Shown piece after piece: positions 29,648-39,901 of a stretch of DNA of 64,000 bases. Made by a program: the position numbers and the translations under genes. The stretch's first letter is position 1; the number at the start of each line of letters is the position of its first letter. This stretch comes from an uncultured bacterium (GTDB taxonomy: Bacteria; Abyssobacteria; SURF-5): positions 1 to 64,000 of the forward strand of contig CAZSKP010000003.1 in the NCBI GenBank assembly GCA_964607485.1, in the 5' to 3' direction. The notes beneath the pieces are model-generated. The model did no database searches. It saw only the letters and a list, made by a program, of their open reading frames with translations, and was not told where the DNA came from.

Positions 29648-30962
29648 TTCCTCTTACCTCCTCAAGGTTAACCTCGTCTTTTCTCTTGAAACCGCCCTTG
29701 GGCACCACATGCTGTATTCCGTAGAACGGACGCAGCTTCATTCCGATAGGCATTATCGAAGGCACGAACGGAACCACGTCCTCCGGCTGAGGCACGGTGA
29801 TGAGCTCGTATTCTTTTGTGCCCAGTCCGATTTTTTCGGCCGTGTTCGGCTGTATCATCTCATCGACGCCGACGAACGAGCCGCAGGAAGTGAGCTTGCG
29901 CACGCCCGGTTCCATGACGCCCTTGTCCTCGGCCGCCGAGCCGGGCACTCCCCAGGATTGAGTCGCCTTGTCGAGGCACGCAACGTCGAGCGCTACCGGG
30001 TCCATCGAGGCGAACACGCCGAGGTTGGGCACGAATGCCCTGTCGCTGAAGCTCACGCAGTCGCACCACGGCGACATGTCGATCGCCATATTGATGAAGC
30101 CGACCTTGCCGGGCTGGAACGTCTTCATGGCCGCGAGCGCGCTGTCGGCCATCGCGGCCGCGCTCACGTCGAAGTGGTCGTCGGGGAACAGTCCCACGCC
30201 GCACAGAGCGAGCACGCCGAAACACGCCTGGCATCCTTTGCACTTTTCCTGTTCCCAGGTCATGCCGTCTTCGGTGACGTGAAGGGAATCTTCCGGGCAG
30301 ATGGTGTTGCAGAGCGCCATGTTTTCACATTCGGCCCCCTTACAGAGCTGGGGGTAGAACGGCCGCAGATGCAGCCCGTACCTCGGATGGCCGCCCATGT
30401 GCAGATTGTATTTGCCCCGCTTCGAGGCGCAGCCCACGCCGATGTTCTTGATGGCGCCGCCGTAGGTGCCCATGGGATGTCCCTTGAAGTGGGTGAGCGC
30501 TATCATCGCGTCCGCCATCGCGATGGCCGTCGCCACGTACTGTTCCTTGAGTATGAATCCCTCGGGAAGGTCGATCCTGACATCGTCGGAACCGAGGAAT
30601 CCGTCGCCGATAACGATCGGGCATCCGACGGTGGCGGGAGTGAAGCCGTTGCGCTGAGCGGTGTGGAGATAGTCGAGCGCGGTGGCCCGGTGTGCGAACG
30701 GAGTGTAAGGCAGGGTCGTCGTATCGACGACCATCGGCTCGCCTCCCAGCTGCTTCACCCTGTCCACAAGCGCGCGCACATACACCGGGCGCAGGTAGGC
30801 GGTGTTGTTGTATTCGCCCATGTGAAGCTTGATCGCAACGACATTGCTGGGCGAGATGGTGTTTTGAAGCCCAGCGGCCTCAAACACGGTGAGCATCTTT
30901 GCGACAAGGCTGTCCTGAATCGCCTTGGCGCGGTCGTCCATGTAGTAAACTTTTGACGCCAT
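29601..30962 (-). CDS. DUF362 domain Fe-S protein
   Basis: IKLHMGE, THFKGH, GGAIKNIGVG, ferredoxin-like Cys cluster. Confidence 0.9.
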   Translation of the reverse strand: MASKVYYMDDRAKAIQDSLVAKMLTVFEAAGLQNTISPSNVVAIKLHMGEYNNTAYLRPVYVRALVDRVKQLGGEPMVVDTTTLPYTPFAHRATALDYLHTAQRNGFTPATVGCPIVIGDGFLGSDDVRIDLPEGFILKEQYVATAIAMADAMIALTHFKGHPMGTYGGAIKNIGVGCASKRGKYNLHMGGHPRYGLHLRPFYPQLCKGAECENMALCNTICPEDSLHVTEDGMTWEQEKCKGCQACFGVLALCGVGLFPDDHFDVSAAAMADSALAAMKTFQPGKVGFINMAIDMSPWCDCVSFSDRAFVPNLGVFASMDPVALDVACLDKATQSWGVPGSAAEDKGVMEPGVRKLTSCGSFVGVDEMIQPNTAEKIGLGTKEYELITVPQPEDVVPFVPSIMPIGMKLRPFYGIQHVVPKGGFKRKDEVNLEEVRGNGVGVHGKAHSSKTV

Positions 30963-31060
30963 AGCGGGCCTCCGTTAATTAAGAACTTTTGTCCCCACTC
31001 ATCATTGGGCAATCTTAAAGGGATTCGTGCATGTTGAGGGCGGGAGAAATCCCAAATATC

Positions 31061-31089
31061 AATATACCAGATTCAGTGAATAATTGCAA
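31061..31089 (-). promoter_or_regulatory. sigma70 promoter of the DUF362-aor operon with palindrome in the spacer
   Basis: TTGCAA-17-TATATT; ATTCA-G-TGAAT at 31071-31081. Confidence 0.65.
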
Positions 31090-31132
31090 TTCAGCGACTA
31101 ACCCGCCAAGCGAGTGTTTTGTCCGTCCGGCG

Positions 31133-33520
31133 TCAGCGCAGAATGGCGGTCCTTCGGTAGAATATGTAAGAGAGCGCGTACAGCAACCCAGCCAATATGA
31201 ACAGGTTCCGCAGGCCATAGATGAGAGAGGAGTATTCGAGCAGTCCGCCGATAACCGCTCCGAGAAGATTCGAGCCGAAGGCGATCTCGATTCGAGGGAA
31301 CCTCTTCAGCAGTGTGGCGAAGATAATGCCTGCAAAGAAAATGGGCAGTGACAGGAACGCGCCCCCGAGCATGCCTCGCACCAGAAGCGACTGCTCCAGG
31401 AAGCTGCTCACCGGGATCAGATAGTTCAGAAGAAGAGCCAATCCCAGGAGAGCGTAAACGAGCGTCAGCTTTTTCGGCTCGAAGCGGCTGACGGCGTAGT
31501 TAGCCCCGAGTATCATCAGAAGGATGCAAGAAATCACGAACGAGTTGACCAGCCAGGTCGAGCCGAACATGAGAGCCATATCGGTGATGCTCTTGAATTC
31601 GATCAGCAGGAAGGCGCTGCCGAGAAAGAAGAAGGGAGGGCTAATCCTCTTGGATTCGGGAATAATCAACAGGATCAGCACGAGAGACAGCCCGAGAGTG
31701 ATTGCGAGCATTTTCAAGTACGGGACCGGAATTCTCTTTTCCTTCAGGTAGAGATAGGGCCAGTCGTCGGTTGTCAGAGGCAACCGGCCCGCGGGCGACG
31801 CGAGTATGTCCTTTATCACCCGGCTCGAGAATATTCCGGGATCGACGTCGGGCGGCGGGTGGTTCCGCAACCCGTTGAGTCCGGGTCCCGCCACAAACAT
31901 AATTCCGTTGTCGTAATCCGTTTCAAAGCAAAGCGGCTCCTCATGGAATACCTCCTCAAGCATGTTCGCAATACGCGCGGCTATCCATTCCTTCCAGACG
32001 GAGAAGGTCAGCGCAATTACTCCATTCTCCTTGAGATGATTCCTAGCTTCCTCGAAGCTTTCCAGCGTGTACACGTAGTTGTCCAGTCTCAGGTTGGACA
32101 TGCTTGAGAACAGCGCATGCGAGTCGAGCAGGCCATACACGATGATATCGTATTTCCTCTGTGTCTTCTTGAAGTACGACCGGGCGTCCTCGTTCACGAG
32201 GCGTACGCGGTCGGACTTGTACGGAAGCTCCGGATGCAGCCTGCCTCCGAGGTCGAGAATGACAGGGTCTATCTCGACAGCGTCGATTCTCTTGACGCCG
32301 TGACGCAGAGCGGCCGCCACGTCGTTGCCCGTGCCCGCGCCGACAATCAACACGTCCTCCGCCGGGAACAATTCGTAGATGACATTGTAGGCAAAAGAGG
32401 CCGATTTCAATATCGGGGCTTTCTCCTTATAGGTGCTGACGAAGGAGGGCGAGAGGTTTATTATGTTCTGATGGTAATCCTGGTTGACGTCGAGCCTGTA
32501 ACCAAGCAGCGTCTCACGACCTTCTCCGCTCGGCGCCTTGACCGGCCAGACATCTATTCGATAATAGGGGGACCAATAGGCGGGTTGAAGAAAGTACGCA
32601 AGGAAGATCATGCACGCTCCAAACAGCGCGGCGGTCCCGAGCAAAAAGAACCTTTCGCCCCGAACGAGCCAGAGGAACAGAACAAACCCCACCGCAAACC
32701 ACACAATGGGAGTGAAATTAAAGAAAGATATGGCCGAGAATGCCCAGACTCCCACCAGACTTCCCACTATGTTGACCGAATACGCCTCCAGCGGAGCAAA
32801 CGAATTCATCAGTCGGCCCGTCAGGTATCCCAACGGAATGAAACACACAACATTGAAGAAGAAGAAGAACAGTATGACGCCGTAGAAAACCAAGCTGTGA
32901 AGCGACGGGCCTTCTTTCAGTCCCCATATATATTCCTCCGAAGAACCGGGATAAGAGAGCAGCGGAACAGCGACGGTGGCCACGATCACCAATGAAAGGA
33001 ACAGGCAGAACAATATCGGAAAAGCCAACTGCAGGTGACGGAACCGGTTGACAAGCACAAAACCCAGCCCAAGACCGAGGAAACACGCCATCAACGGAAA
33101 ATTCGTGAAATAAGCGAAAACGCGGAGTTCGGTGGAAAGCCAGCGGATGACCAAGATCTCGAAGTACAGACCCAGGAAACTTATGAGAAACAGACTCAGC
33201 GCCCTTTGAATCCGTCCCTGCTGGTCGAAAAAATTCGTCTGCAGTTCAAGCCGCTGTTTCACGAACGAAGAAAACCGCGCGGGGTTGACCAGGAAGAGCG
33301 CCGAGCAGACAGTCAGCAAGAGCCCGACGAAGAGGAAAAGTGTCCTCAAAGCGGAAATCGTTCGTATCGCGATCGGTTCAAGCGTCCCATCCGGGACGAT
33401 ATTGGCGGCCACAAAATCGGGACTCAGCACCACGCCCGCGACAACTGCGGCGAGCCCGATTCCCCCAACGACCCACCCTCGCCAGAGGGCATGATTTTCA
33501 GCGCGGACGTGGTCTGTCAC
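31133..33520 (-). CDS. membrane-embedded spermidine synthase-like SAM-binding protein
   Basis: VLIVGAGTGND, VEIDP, EDARSY, TDDWPYLY, flanking TM bundles. Confidence 0.88.
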   Translation of the reverse strand: MTDHVRAENHALWRGWVVGGIGLAAVVAGVVLSPDFVAANIVPDGTLEPIAIRTISALRTLFLFVGLLLTVCSALFLVNPARFSSFVKQRLELQTNFFDQQGRIQRALSLFLISFLGLYFEILVIRWLSTELRVFAYFTNFPLMACFLGLGLGFVLVNRFRHLQLAFPILFCLFLSLVIVATVAVPLLSYPGSSEEYIWGLKEGPSLHSLVFYGVILFFFFFNVVCFIPLGYLTGRLMNSFAPLEAYSVNIVGSLVGVWAFSAISFFNFTPIVWFAVGFVLFLWLVRGERFFLLGTAALFGACMIFLAYFLQPAYWSPYYRIDVWPVKAPSGEGRETLLGYRLDVNQDYHQNIINLSPSFVSTYKEKAPILKSASFAYNVIYELFPAEDVLIVGAGTGNDVAAALRHGVKRIDAVEIDPVILDLGGRLHPELPYKSDRVRLVNEDARSYFKKTQRKYDIIVYGLLDSHALFSSMSNLRLDNYVYTLESFEEARNHLKENGVIALTFSVWKEWIAARIANMLEEVFHEEPLCFETDYDNGIMFVAGPGLNGLRNHPPPDVDPGIFSSRVIKDILASPAGRLPLTTDDWPYLYLKEKRIPVPYLKMLAITLGLSLVLILLIIPESKRISPPFFFLGSAFLLIEFKSITDMALMFGSTWLVNSFVISCILLMILGANYAVSRFEPKKLTLVYALLGLALLLNYLIPVSSFLEQSLLVRGMLGGAFLSLPIFFAGIIFATLLKRFPRIEIAFGSNLLGAVIGGLLEYSSLIYGLRNLFILAGLLYALSYIFYRRTAILR

Positions 33521-33667
33521 TTAAATATCTCCTTGAAGCAACGTATTGTATCATTCGCGTCCGACAGCGTCAAGCGCTCGCCGGGCGAGAGACTCAGGTC
33601 CCGGGTCGAGAGATTTGTGCACGAACGACACGAAGAACTGCGGAGGAATGAGAGCTGCGGTTTACGA

Positions 33668-34453
33668 CTACTTTCCTTTGAACTCGGGCTTGCGTTTTTC
33701 GGTGAAGGCGCGGACGCCTTCCTTCTGGTCTTCGGTGGCGAACAGCATGGCGAATGCCTCGCGTTCGAGCGCGAGCGCCGACGGCAGGTCCCTGCCGGCT
33801 CCCATGTTCATCGCCATTTTGGCCAGTCTCAGGCCGAACGGCGGCCTTTGAATGAGCTTTGCCGCCAGCTTCTTGGCCTCGTCGAGGAGCTTGTCAACGG
33901 GAACGACGGCATTGACGAGACCGAGCCGCTCTGCTTCCTCGGCTCCGATAAATTCACCCACCATGACGAGCTCCTTCGCCTTGGTCATTCCGATGAGGCG
34001 CGGGAGCCTCTGCGTGCCGCCCGAGCCGGGGATAAGGCCCACGCGGATTTCGGGCTGGCCGAACTGCGCCGTGTCGGCGGCGATTCTCAGGTCGCAACAC
34101 ATCGCGAGCTCGCAGCCGCCTCCGAGCGCATAACCGGCGATGGCCGCTATGACGGGCTTGCCGATCTGCTCGATGTAATCGAATGGGTTGTTCTGGGCAA
34201 AGCGCGCTTTGAAGACCTGCACGACGTCGAGGCCTCCTGCGGCCATGGCCTCGAGGTCGGCGCCCGCCGCGAAGACGGTGTTGCCGCCCGTGAGGATGAT
34301 GACGCGAACCGACTCGTCTTTATCCGCCTCGCGGAGTGCGGCGTAGAGCTCTTCGATCAGCTTCGGGCTGAGCGCATTCAGCTTTTCGGGTCGGTTCAGC
34401 GTTATTACCGCAATCTGCTCGCTTTTTTCGTAAATGATGGTCTCGAATGCCAT
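33668..34453 (-). CDS. enoyl-CoA hydratase
   Basis: FAAGAD, GGGCELA, GGTQRL. Confidence 0.95.
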   Translation of the reverse strand: MAFETIIYEKSEQIAVITLNRPEKLNALSPKLIEELYAALREADKDESVRVIILTGGNTVFAAGADLEAMAAGGLDVVQVFKARFAQNNPFDYIEQIGKPVIAAIAGYALGGGCELAMCCDLRIAADTAQFGQPEIRVGLIPGSGGTQRLPRLIGMTKAKELVMVGEFIGAEEAERLGLVNAVVPVDKLLDEAKKLAAKLIQRPPFGLRLAKMAMNMGAGRDLPSALALEREAFAMLFATEDQKEGVRAFTEKRKPEFKGK

Positions 34454-34555
34454 GATCGCGTGGGTTTCCGGCCTGCGCCGGGGCAATCGCGTGCGAGATG
34501 GTTGCCGTAAAAAGTGGGAGGGGAAGCGTTGCTTCCCCTCCGCTCTCAGCCGTTG

Positions 34556-34876
34556 TTACAGGAACAAGGTTTTCAGCTTCATCGCCAGGCTCATGTCGCC
34601 CTTAACTTTGAGCTTGCCGCTCATGAATGCCATTTGGCCGTCGAGCTTTCCGTTGACGATGTCCAGCCAATCCTTGGCACCCACAGTGATGGTGATGTTG
34701 GGCGAAGCGTGCGCTCCTTCCTTCACCGAGCACTTGCCGTCGGCGATCTCGGCATGCCATTTTCCGCCGCCTTCACCAGTGACGTCCCACTGGTACACGG
34801 CCTTCATACCGGCTGCCTTGTCGGCTTTGAAGTTCCCTTCCATTGAGTCAAAGGATTCCTTCACTGATTCGGCCAT
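34556..34876 (-). CDS. SCP2 sterol/lipid-binding domain protein
   Basis: AFMSGKLKVKGDMSLAMKL. Confidence 0.92.
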   Translation of the reverse strand: MAESVKESFDSMEGNFKADKAAGMKAVYQWDVTGEGGGKWHAEIADGKCSVKEGAHASPNITITVGAKDWLDIVNGKLDGQMAFMSGKLKVKGDMSLAMKLKTLFL

Positions 34877-35222
34877 TCGGATTCACCTCCTTTCATTTTC
34901 TAGTCTTCCCCACGGGCCACGATGCCGCCCACTGCGGGCTTTCAACTCTTCCCGCGGGTGCTTGGAAATCGGGACATCGGGCTCGACCTCACCCATTCCT
35001 AAGCCCCGTGTCCAATACTTGTGTGCATTCGAGCGGCTGCGGTTTTGCGCCTCTTTCATCCATGCTTCAACGTGCTCTGGGCCGCTTCTTCGCGGCGTGG
35101 ACCTTTCCGACCGCAGCCGGATACTGAGCACTATATCAGACGTTTCCTCATTTTGCCAATCGCGTCGCCGACGAACGACGAGGTTGCGGCTCTGTCCGGT
35201 CCCGTTCTTGTGTCTTCGTTCA

Positions 35223-36938
35223 TCACGCCAGCCCACGCATCTTGAGTATGGCTTTCATGTTGGTGGGCACGATGTCGTCAACGTCAATTCGCGCATCCAC
35301 GACCGCAAGTTTTCCGCAGGCCATCGCCTCCTTCAGCACCGGTTCGATTTGCTCGGGCGTCTCTATGATGTATCCTGCCGCGCCGAAGCTCTCGGCCAGC
35401 TTGGAGAAATCGGGGTTCTCGTACTCGCTTCCATATACCCTGCCGCCATATAGTATTTGCTGGCTGTAGCGGAGCGCGCGGTAGCTGTTGTCGTTGAGGA
35501 TGAGTATGGTGGCGACCACTCCTTCCCGGACTCCGGTCTCGATATCCTGGATGGTCATCATGAAATCGCCGTCGCCCAGTATGGAGAGAACGGGTCGTTC
35601 GGGCTTGACGATTTTCGAGGCGAGCGCCGCGGGAAAGCCGAATCCCATGGCCCCGAAATTATTGGGAGCGATGAAGGACCGCGGGCCTCGTATCTGGATA
35701 AAGTCGCATACATACACCGCGTTGAGTCCGGCGCCGCAGGCGAAGATGGCGTCTTCGGGAGCGAGGTCGGAAAGCGTTCTCAGCACCCGCCCGGGCGAGA
35801 GCGGAACCTTGTCGGATGAGATCGCCGCTTCGAGTTGCTCCTCCCATTGTTCCTTCACGGGAAGGAGCGAATCCATCCAGTCGTCGGATTTTTCGACCGG
35901 GTGGGCATTCAGCATTTCCACGAGTCTCGCCAGAAAATCGCCGGCGTCGGCGTTTATCGAATGAAGGTCCAACTTATAGGAAACCGGAAGCGCACGAAGG
36001 GCGGCGGGGTCGGCATTCACTATCACAATTTTTCCGCACAGGTCGGCGGAGTACTCGTAGGTGGTGAGGTCGGACAGGCAGCATCCGAGCCCGAGAATCA
36101 GGTCGGCCTGCTCCATCGCCGCGTCGGCTACCGGATTGCCTCCTCCGAAGCCGGTGCGACCGAGGCAGAGCCGGTGCGTCTCGGGAAGCGCGCCTCTTCC
36201 GTTGCCGGTGGTGGCCACGCGGACGTTTGCACGTTCCGCGAACCGACGAAGACGGTCAGCGGCTTCCGACTCGAAGATTCCCGCACCCGCCAGCACGACC
36301 GGCCGCGCGGATTCCTTGAAAAGGCGCAATACTTCTTGCACGTCGGCGTCGGCCACAGCTTTCGGAGGCGGAGCCGCGATGTCGATGGAGTCAAGGTCCG
36401 CCTCTCCCTCGGCCTGCCAGAAGTTCTCGGGCATCTCTATGAGAACCGGCCCCTTCGCCGGTGTCATGGCGATACGGTAGGCGGAGCAGAAGACCGAGGG
36501 GATGCTTGCCACGCTATCGACCCGGAAGACAGCCTTGCACACGGGTTCAAAAAGCCTGCAATGGTCCACCTCGAGCATGCCGTCGGTGCCCTTGAGGGCG
36601 GTTCTCACAGCGCCGGAGATGATGATGAGGGGAGAGCAGTCCTTGTATGCGTTGGCGGCGCTTATCATCGCGTTGAGCGCGCCCGGTCCGGAGTGAACCA
36701 GACATATGCCGGGTCTGCCCGTGAGGCGGCCTTCGGTGTCGGCCATGCTCGCCGCGACCTGCTCGTGTCGGGTGGTGATGTAGCGAATCTCCTCGCGTTT
36801 ATCGTAGAGCGCGTTGACGAAGGCGAAATTGGAGGTGCCGATGATTCCGTAGATTCTCTTGGTTTGTGCTGCTTCGAGACATGCGATGAGCGCCTGTGCT
36901 CCGGAGATAGAGGTCAGTTTCCCTGCCGTCTTGGTCAT
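35223..36938 (-). CDS. thiamine pyrophosphate-binding protein (acetolactate synthase-like)
   Basis: RHEQ, SGPG, GDGDF...NDNSY. Confidence 0.94.
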   Translation of the reverse strand: MTKTAGKLTSISGAQALIACLEAAQTKRIYGIIGTSNFAFVNALYDKREEIRYITTRHEQVAASMADTEGRLTGRPGICLVHSGPGALNAMISAANAYKDCSPLIIISGAVRTALKGTDGMLEVDHCRLFEPVCKAVFRVDSVASIPSVFCSAYRIAMTPAKGPVLIEMPENFWQAEGEADLDSIDIAAPPPKAVADADVQEVLRLFKESARPVVLAGAGIFESEAADRLRRFAERANVRVATTGNGRGALPETHRLCLGRTGFGGGNPVADAAMEQADLILGLGCCLSDLTTYEYSADLCGKIVIVNADPAALRALPVSYKLDLHSINADAGDFLARLVEMLNAHPVEKSDDWMDSLLPVKEQWEEQLEAAISSDKVPLSPGRVLRTLSDLAPEDAIFACGAGLNAVYVCDFIQIRGPRSFIAPNNFGAMGFGFPAALASKIVKPERPVLSILGDGDFMMTIQDIETGVREGVVATILILNDNSYRALRYSQQILYGGRVYGSEYENPDFSKLAESFGAAGYIIETPEQIEPVLKEAMACGKLAVVDARIDVDDIVPTNMKAILKMRGLA

Positions 36939-37174
36939 TGTGGCTCCCTCTGAACCCAAGCAGCGAGGCGCGAAGGCGGTTTGATGCGGGAGAGATTTTA
37001 AATTGGCCAGCCAGTCAACCACGCGTCGAAGAATATATCACATGCCCCACTACTTGTCAAGCCCTTTTTGACCGAGACCGAGCGGGGGATTGCATTGGCA
37101 GGCGATATTCTCCCGGGTGGCGCGTCCTCGTATCGGGCGACCGACCCGTCACAGAGCGAGAAACAGGGCTCAAC

Positions 37175-38596
37175 TTATGAATCGGATTTAACGGTCGCAA
37201 AGATTGGCACAACCAGTCGCGTGCTCGTTGTGGCGATAACCAGCTTGTCCTCGATCTGCCGTTCCGGCGGCTCGGGAAGAAACTCGACGATGACCTCATA
37301 CTTCTTTCCCGGCTCCACAGGAGAGTGAGAGACGCGAAAACTCGGGTCGGGGAGGGAGACCGACTCGATGTCGAAGGTGGACGCGGTGCTGGAGACGATG
37401 AGCTTCCGATGGACGGGTGTGCCCGGGGCGCAGGAGCCGAAGTTGATCTGCTGGGGGGAGACCGATACGGCGCCCGTGACCGTCCCTTTCACGGGCAGTT
37501 GCAGCCTGGAGTAGTCCTTGTAGAATCCCGATTTCTTGCCGGTTATCGCTCCGAGTTTGGAGAGATTCTCGTAATTGGTGTAGATCTTGACGACTTCATT
37601 GAACTTGCCGACCGGCATATCGGGTCCGACGACGATTGTGAGCAAATACCCTTTCTGTTTCCCCTCCAGCGGAGAGGTCGTCACGGAGATGTTGGGTGAG
37701 GAAGTAGCGATGTCCGTGATAACCAGTTCCTTTCTGCCTCCCTGAATCAGTTTTGCCTCGGCGGATGCCGGCTTGCCCAACTGGACGTTGGGCATGAGGA
37801 CGACTTCCGGCTCAAGCACGGCCTCGTCTATTATCTCCGCGGCAACGGTCAGGTACGTCACGGGTTCATCGGGGTCGTTTGTGACGATCTCGAGAGACTT
37901 GAATGGAGTCTTCCCTTCATACTTGTACGCTTCCAGCCTCGCCACGATCTCGGCCGAGCCTCCGGGCGGCACTTCCCACGCGGAGGGCGTCGCAGTAAGG
38001 CACAGGCACTTCGTTTCGATGCTGTAGATTTTCAACGGTTTCCTTCCGAGGTTTCGGAGGGGGAATGTGTGCTCGATCATTTGGCTGCGCCCGATGGTGC
38101 CGAAATCGACGGTCTTATGATCATAACTGATGTCGGGGGCATTGGCGACTGCGGGCTTGGCACCAGTGCGCTCTCCGACTACTTTCGCGACCAGCTTGAT
38201 AGGTGTGCGCGGCTGGGCGGGGTCGTTGCTGAGCACATAGGCGACCTGCGATACCGGGCCGGAGAATTGGCGGATGTCCATCGTTATTTTCAGCATGGCT
38301 CTCTCGCCGCCCCTGATTCTTTCCCGGGGTATGATGGCATAGCTGAAACCTTCGGGAAGTTCGATGTCGTCCACTACCAGCGGTTCTTTTCCCAGGTTTT
38401 TCGCCGTCAGCGACACATCGTGGAACGCAATCGGGTCGTCCGCCGGTATGCTGCCGAAATCGGCCTCGGCCGGTTCGATTGACAGCTTCGCATTCTCAGA
38501 GAGAGGTTTTTCGGAGCATGAGAAAGAGAGCAAGGCCAAGGAAAATACCGCGAGGGATATGAGGAGCAGGTGCGATTTGAATCTCGTGAACGTCAT
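37175..38596 (-). CDS. DUF1573 Ig-like repeat lipoprotein
   Basis: Lipobox-like SFSC, repeated DFG motifs and SNDP/TNDP. Confidence 0.8.
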   Translation of the reverse strand: MTFTRFKSHLLLISLAVFSLALLSFSCSEKPLSENAKLSIEPAEADFGSIPADDPIAFHDVSLTAKNLGKEPLVVDDIELPEGFSYAIIPRERIRGGERAMLKITMDIRQFSGPVSQVAYVLSNDPAQPRTPIKLVAKVVGERTGAKPAVANAPDISYDHKTVDFGTIGRSQMIEHTFPLRNLGRKPLKIYSIETKCLCLTATPSAWEVPPGGSAEIVARLEAYKYEGKTPFKSLEIVTNDPDEPVTYLTVAAEIIDEAVLEPEVVLMPNVQLGKPASAEAKLIQGGRKELVITDIATSSPNISVTTSPLEGKQKGYLLTIVVGPDMPVGKFNEVVKIYTNYENLSKLGAITGKKSGFYKDYSRLQLPVKGTVTGAVSVSPQQINFGSCAPGTPVHRKLIVSSTASTFDIESVSLPDPSFRVSHSPVEPGKKYEVIVEFLPEPPERQIEDKLVIATTSTRLVVPIFATVKSDS

Positions 38597-38642
38597 GGTC
38601 GAAAAGGGGAGGGGAAAAGTGCCTCTCCACCGGATGAGCATC

Positions 38643-39404
38643 TCATTCGCGAACCGCGGCGGCCTCTTTTTCGCTCCACCAATCTGCCCAGTCATCCTTG
38701 TTCGGCCCCAGCGACTCACCCGTTATCCGGTTGAGCGCGACAAGCGACGCCGAACGGACCTGATAGTCCCTATCCTCCAGCGAGTCAATAAGAGGTGGCA
38801 CGGCCTTTTCGTTTCCTATTTCGCCGAGGGAGTTGGCAGCGGTCCGTCTTGCAACCGGATAAGAGTCCTTTTCCAGAATCTCGATGAGAGGCATCACCGC
38901 GCCGTCGCGGCCCAGAGTGCCCAGGACGAGCGCCGCCTGGCAGCGGGTGAAGTTGTCCTCATCGTCAAGCACCAAAATAATGGCCGGCACAGTTTCAATC
39001 GCGCCGAGGTAGCCAAGTGCCACGAGGGCCGCCCTTCTCACGATTGGCTCTTCGTCGCCCAGCATGGGCTCAAGATGCGGTATCACGCGCGGGTTTTCTG
39101 AATACTGCAGGAGGTTTGCCGCGAACGCGCGTATCCGAGCGTCTTCATGCTGCAACGCCTCGACAAGAACGGGCACATTTTGCCGGCCGATGCCCCGAAT
39201 CTCGTAGAAGATGCCTATTCTCTCCTGGTATCCGGCAGTCTTCGACCTCTCGAGCAGCTTCCATATTCTGCTCTCGACTTCGGGACTGACCTCTATTGTC
39301 TCCGGGTCCTCCGACGTCCACCCGCGCTGCAAATACCATAAGCCGGCCCAAACGAACGCCACGGCCGCCACAGTCACTAAGATTTTCTGTGAAAAACTGG
39401 ACAT
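38643..39404 (-). CDS. HEAT repeat membrane-anchored protein
   Basis: Repeated LxDxDxxVRxxAAxxLG. Confidence 0.88.
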   Translation of the reverse strand: MSSFSQKILVTVAAVAFVWAGLWYLQRGWTSEDPETIEVSPEVESRIWKLLERSKTAGYQERIGIFYEIRGIGRQNVPVLVEALQHEDARIRAFAANLLQYSENPRVIPHLEPMLGDEEPIVRRAALVALGYLGAIETVPAIILVLDDEDNFTRCQAALVLGTLGRDGAVMPLIEILEKDSYPVARRTAANSLGEIGNEKAVPPLIDSLEDRDYQVRSASLVALNRITGESLGPNKDDWADWWSEKEAAAVRE

Positions 39405-39590
39405 GCGGTGTCCTCTTCGGCTGGCTGCAAATCAGCGCGCGTAGCACATCGAAGCATTTAAAATTCTAGCACAGCTCCGCCATGCTGTCAATGGCGCATT
39501 CGGCGCAGGAGAAGAGGGCTCACGTCGTTTTATTGAGGAGATGGAGCGTGCCGCCGGTTCAGACTGGGCCACAGGGCTGAAGCAGAGACG

Positions 39591-39629
39591 AAAACGGCGA
39601 CTTCGCCTTGACGCTAAGTCGCCTGTTTT
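39591..39629. terminator. intrinsic terminator-like hairpin downstream of the tRNA
   Basis: AAAAC-GGCGACTT...AAGTCGCC-TGTTTT. Confidence 0.6.
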
Positions 39630-39645
39630 CAGCGCGTTATTCTAG

Positions 39646-39719
39646 TGGGCCCAGTAGGACTTGAACCTACGACCCGCTGATTATGAGTCAGCTGCTCTAA
39701 CCAACTGAGCTATGGGCCC
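39646..39719 (-). tRNA. tRNA-Ile2 (CAT anticodon, lysidine type)
   Basis: GGGCCCATAGCTCAGTTGGTTAGAGCAGCTGACTCATAATCAGCGGGTCGTAGGTTCAAGTCCTACTGGGCCCA; lacks initiator features; promoter TTGACA-17-TAGACT at 39757-39729; Ile2 vs elongator Met is inferred. Confidence 0.92.
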
Positions 39720-39901
39720 TCACTCCCTAGTCTATTCGTTCGAGCCTCGTTTGTCAACCTCGCAGCCGTGGCAGGCGTGAGGTTTGACGTGTAGGCCTGT
39801 TTCGTGCTAGCCTATACTCCATTCATTCCGCCGATCCGGGACAAGATCGTCGGTAATATATCTTAATGAGAACGAACCGCTGAAGAAACAGGAGGTCGGA
39901 G

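Noticed and set aside
30963-31060. Moco/Tuco riboswitch upstream of the aor operon
   Set aside because: Short leader with no recognisable motif
39511-39600. GSRRFIEEMERAAG peptide resembling a RAYT C-terminal relic
   Set aside because: Too short and generic to support without a search
39823-39901. SAM riboswitch upstream of the metB-like gene
   Set aside because: Only one imperfect hairpin; no SAM-I/II consensus recognised
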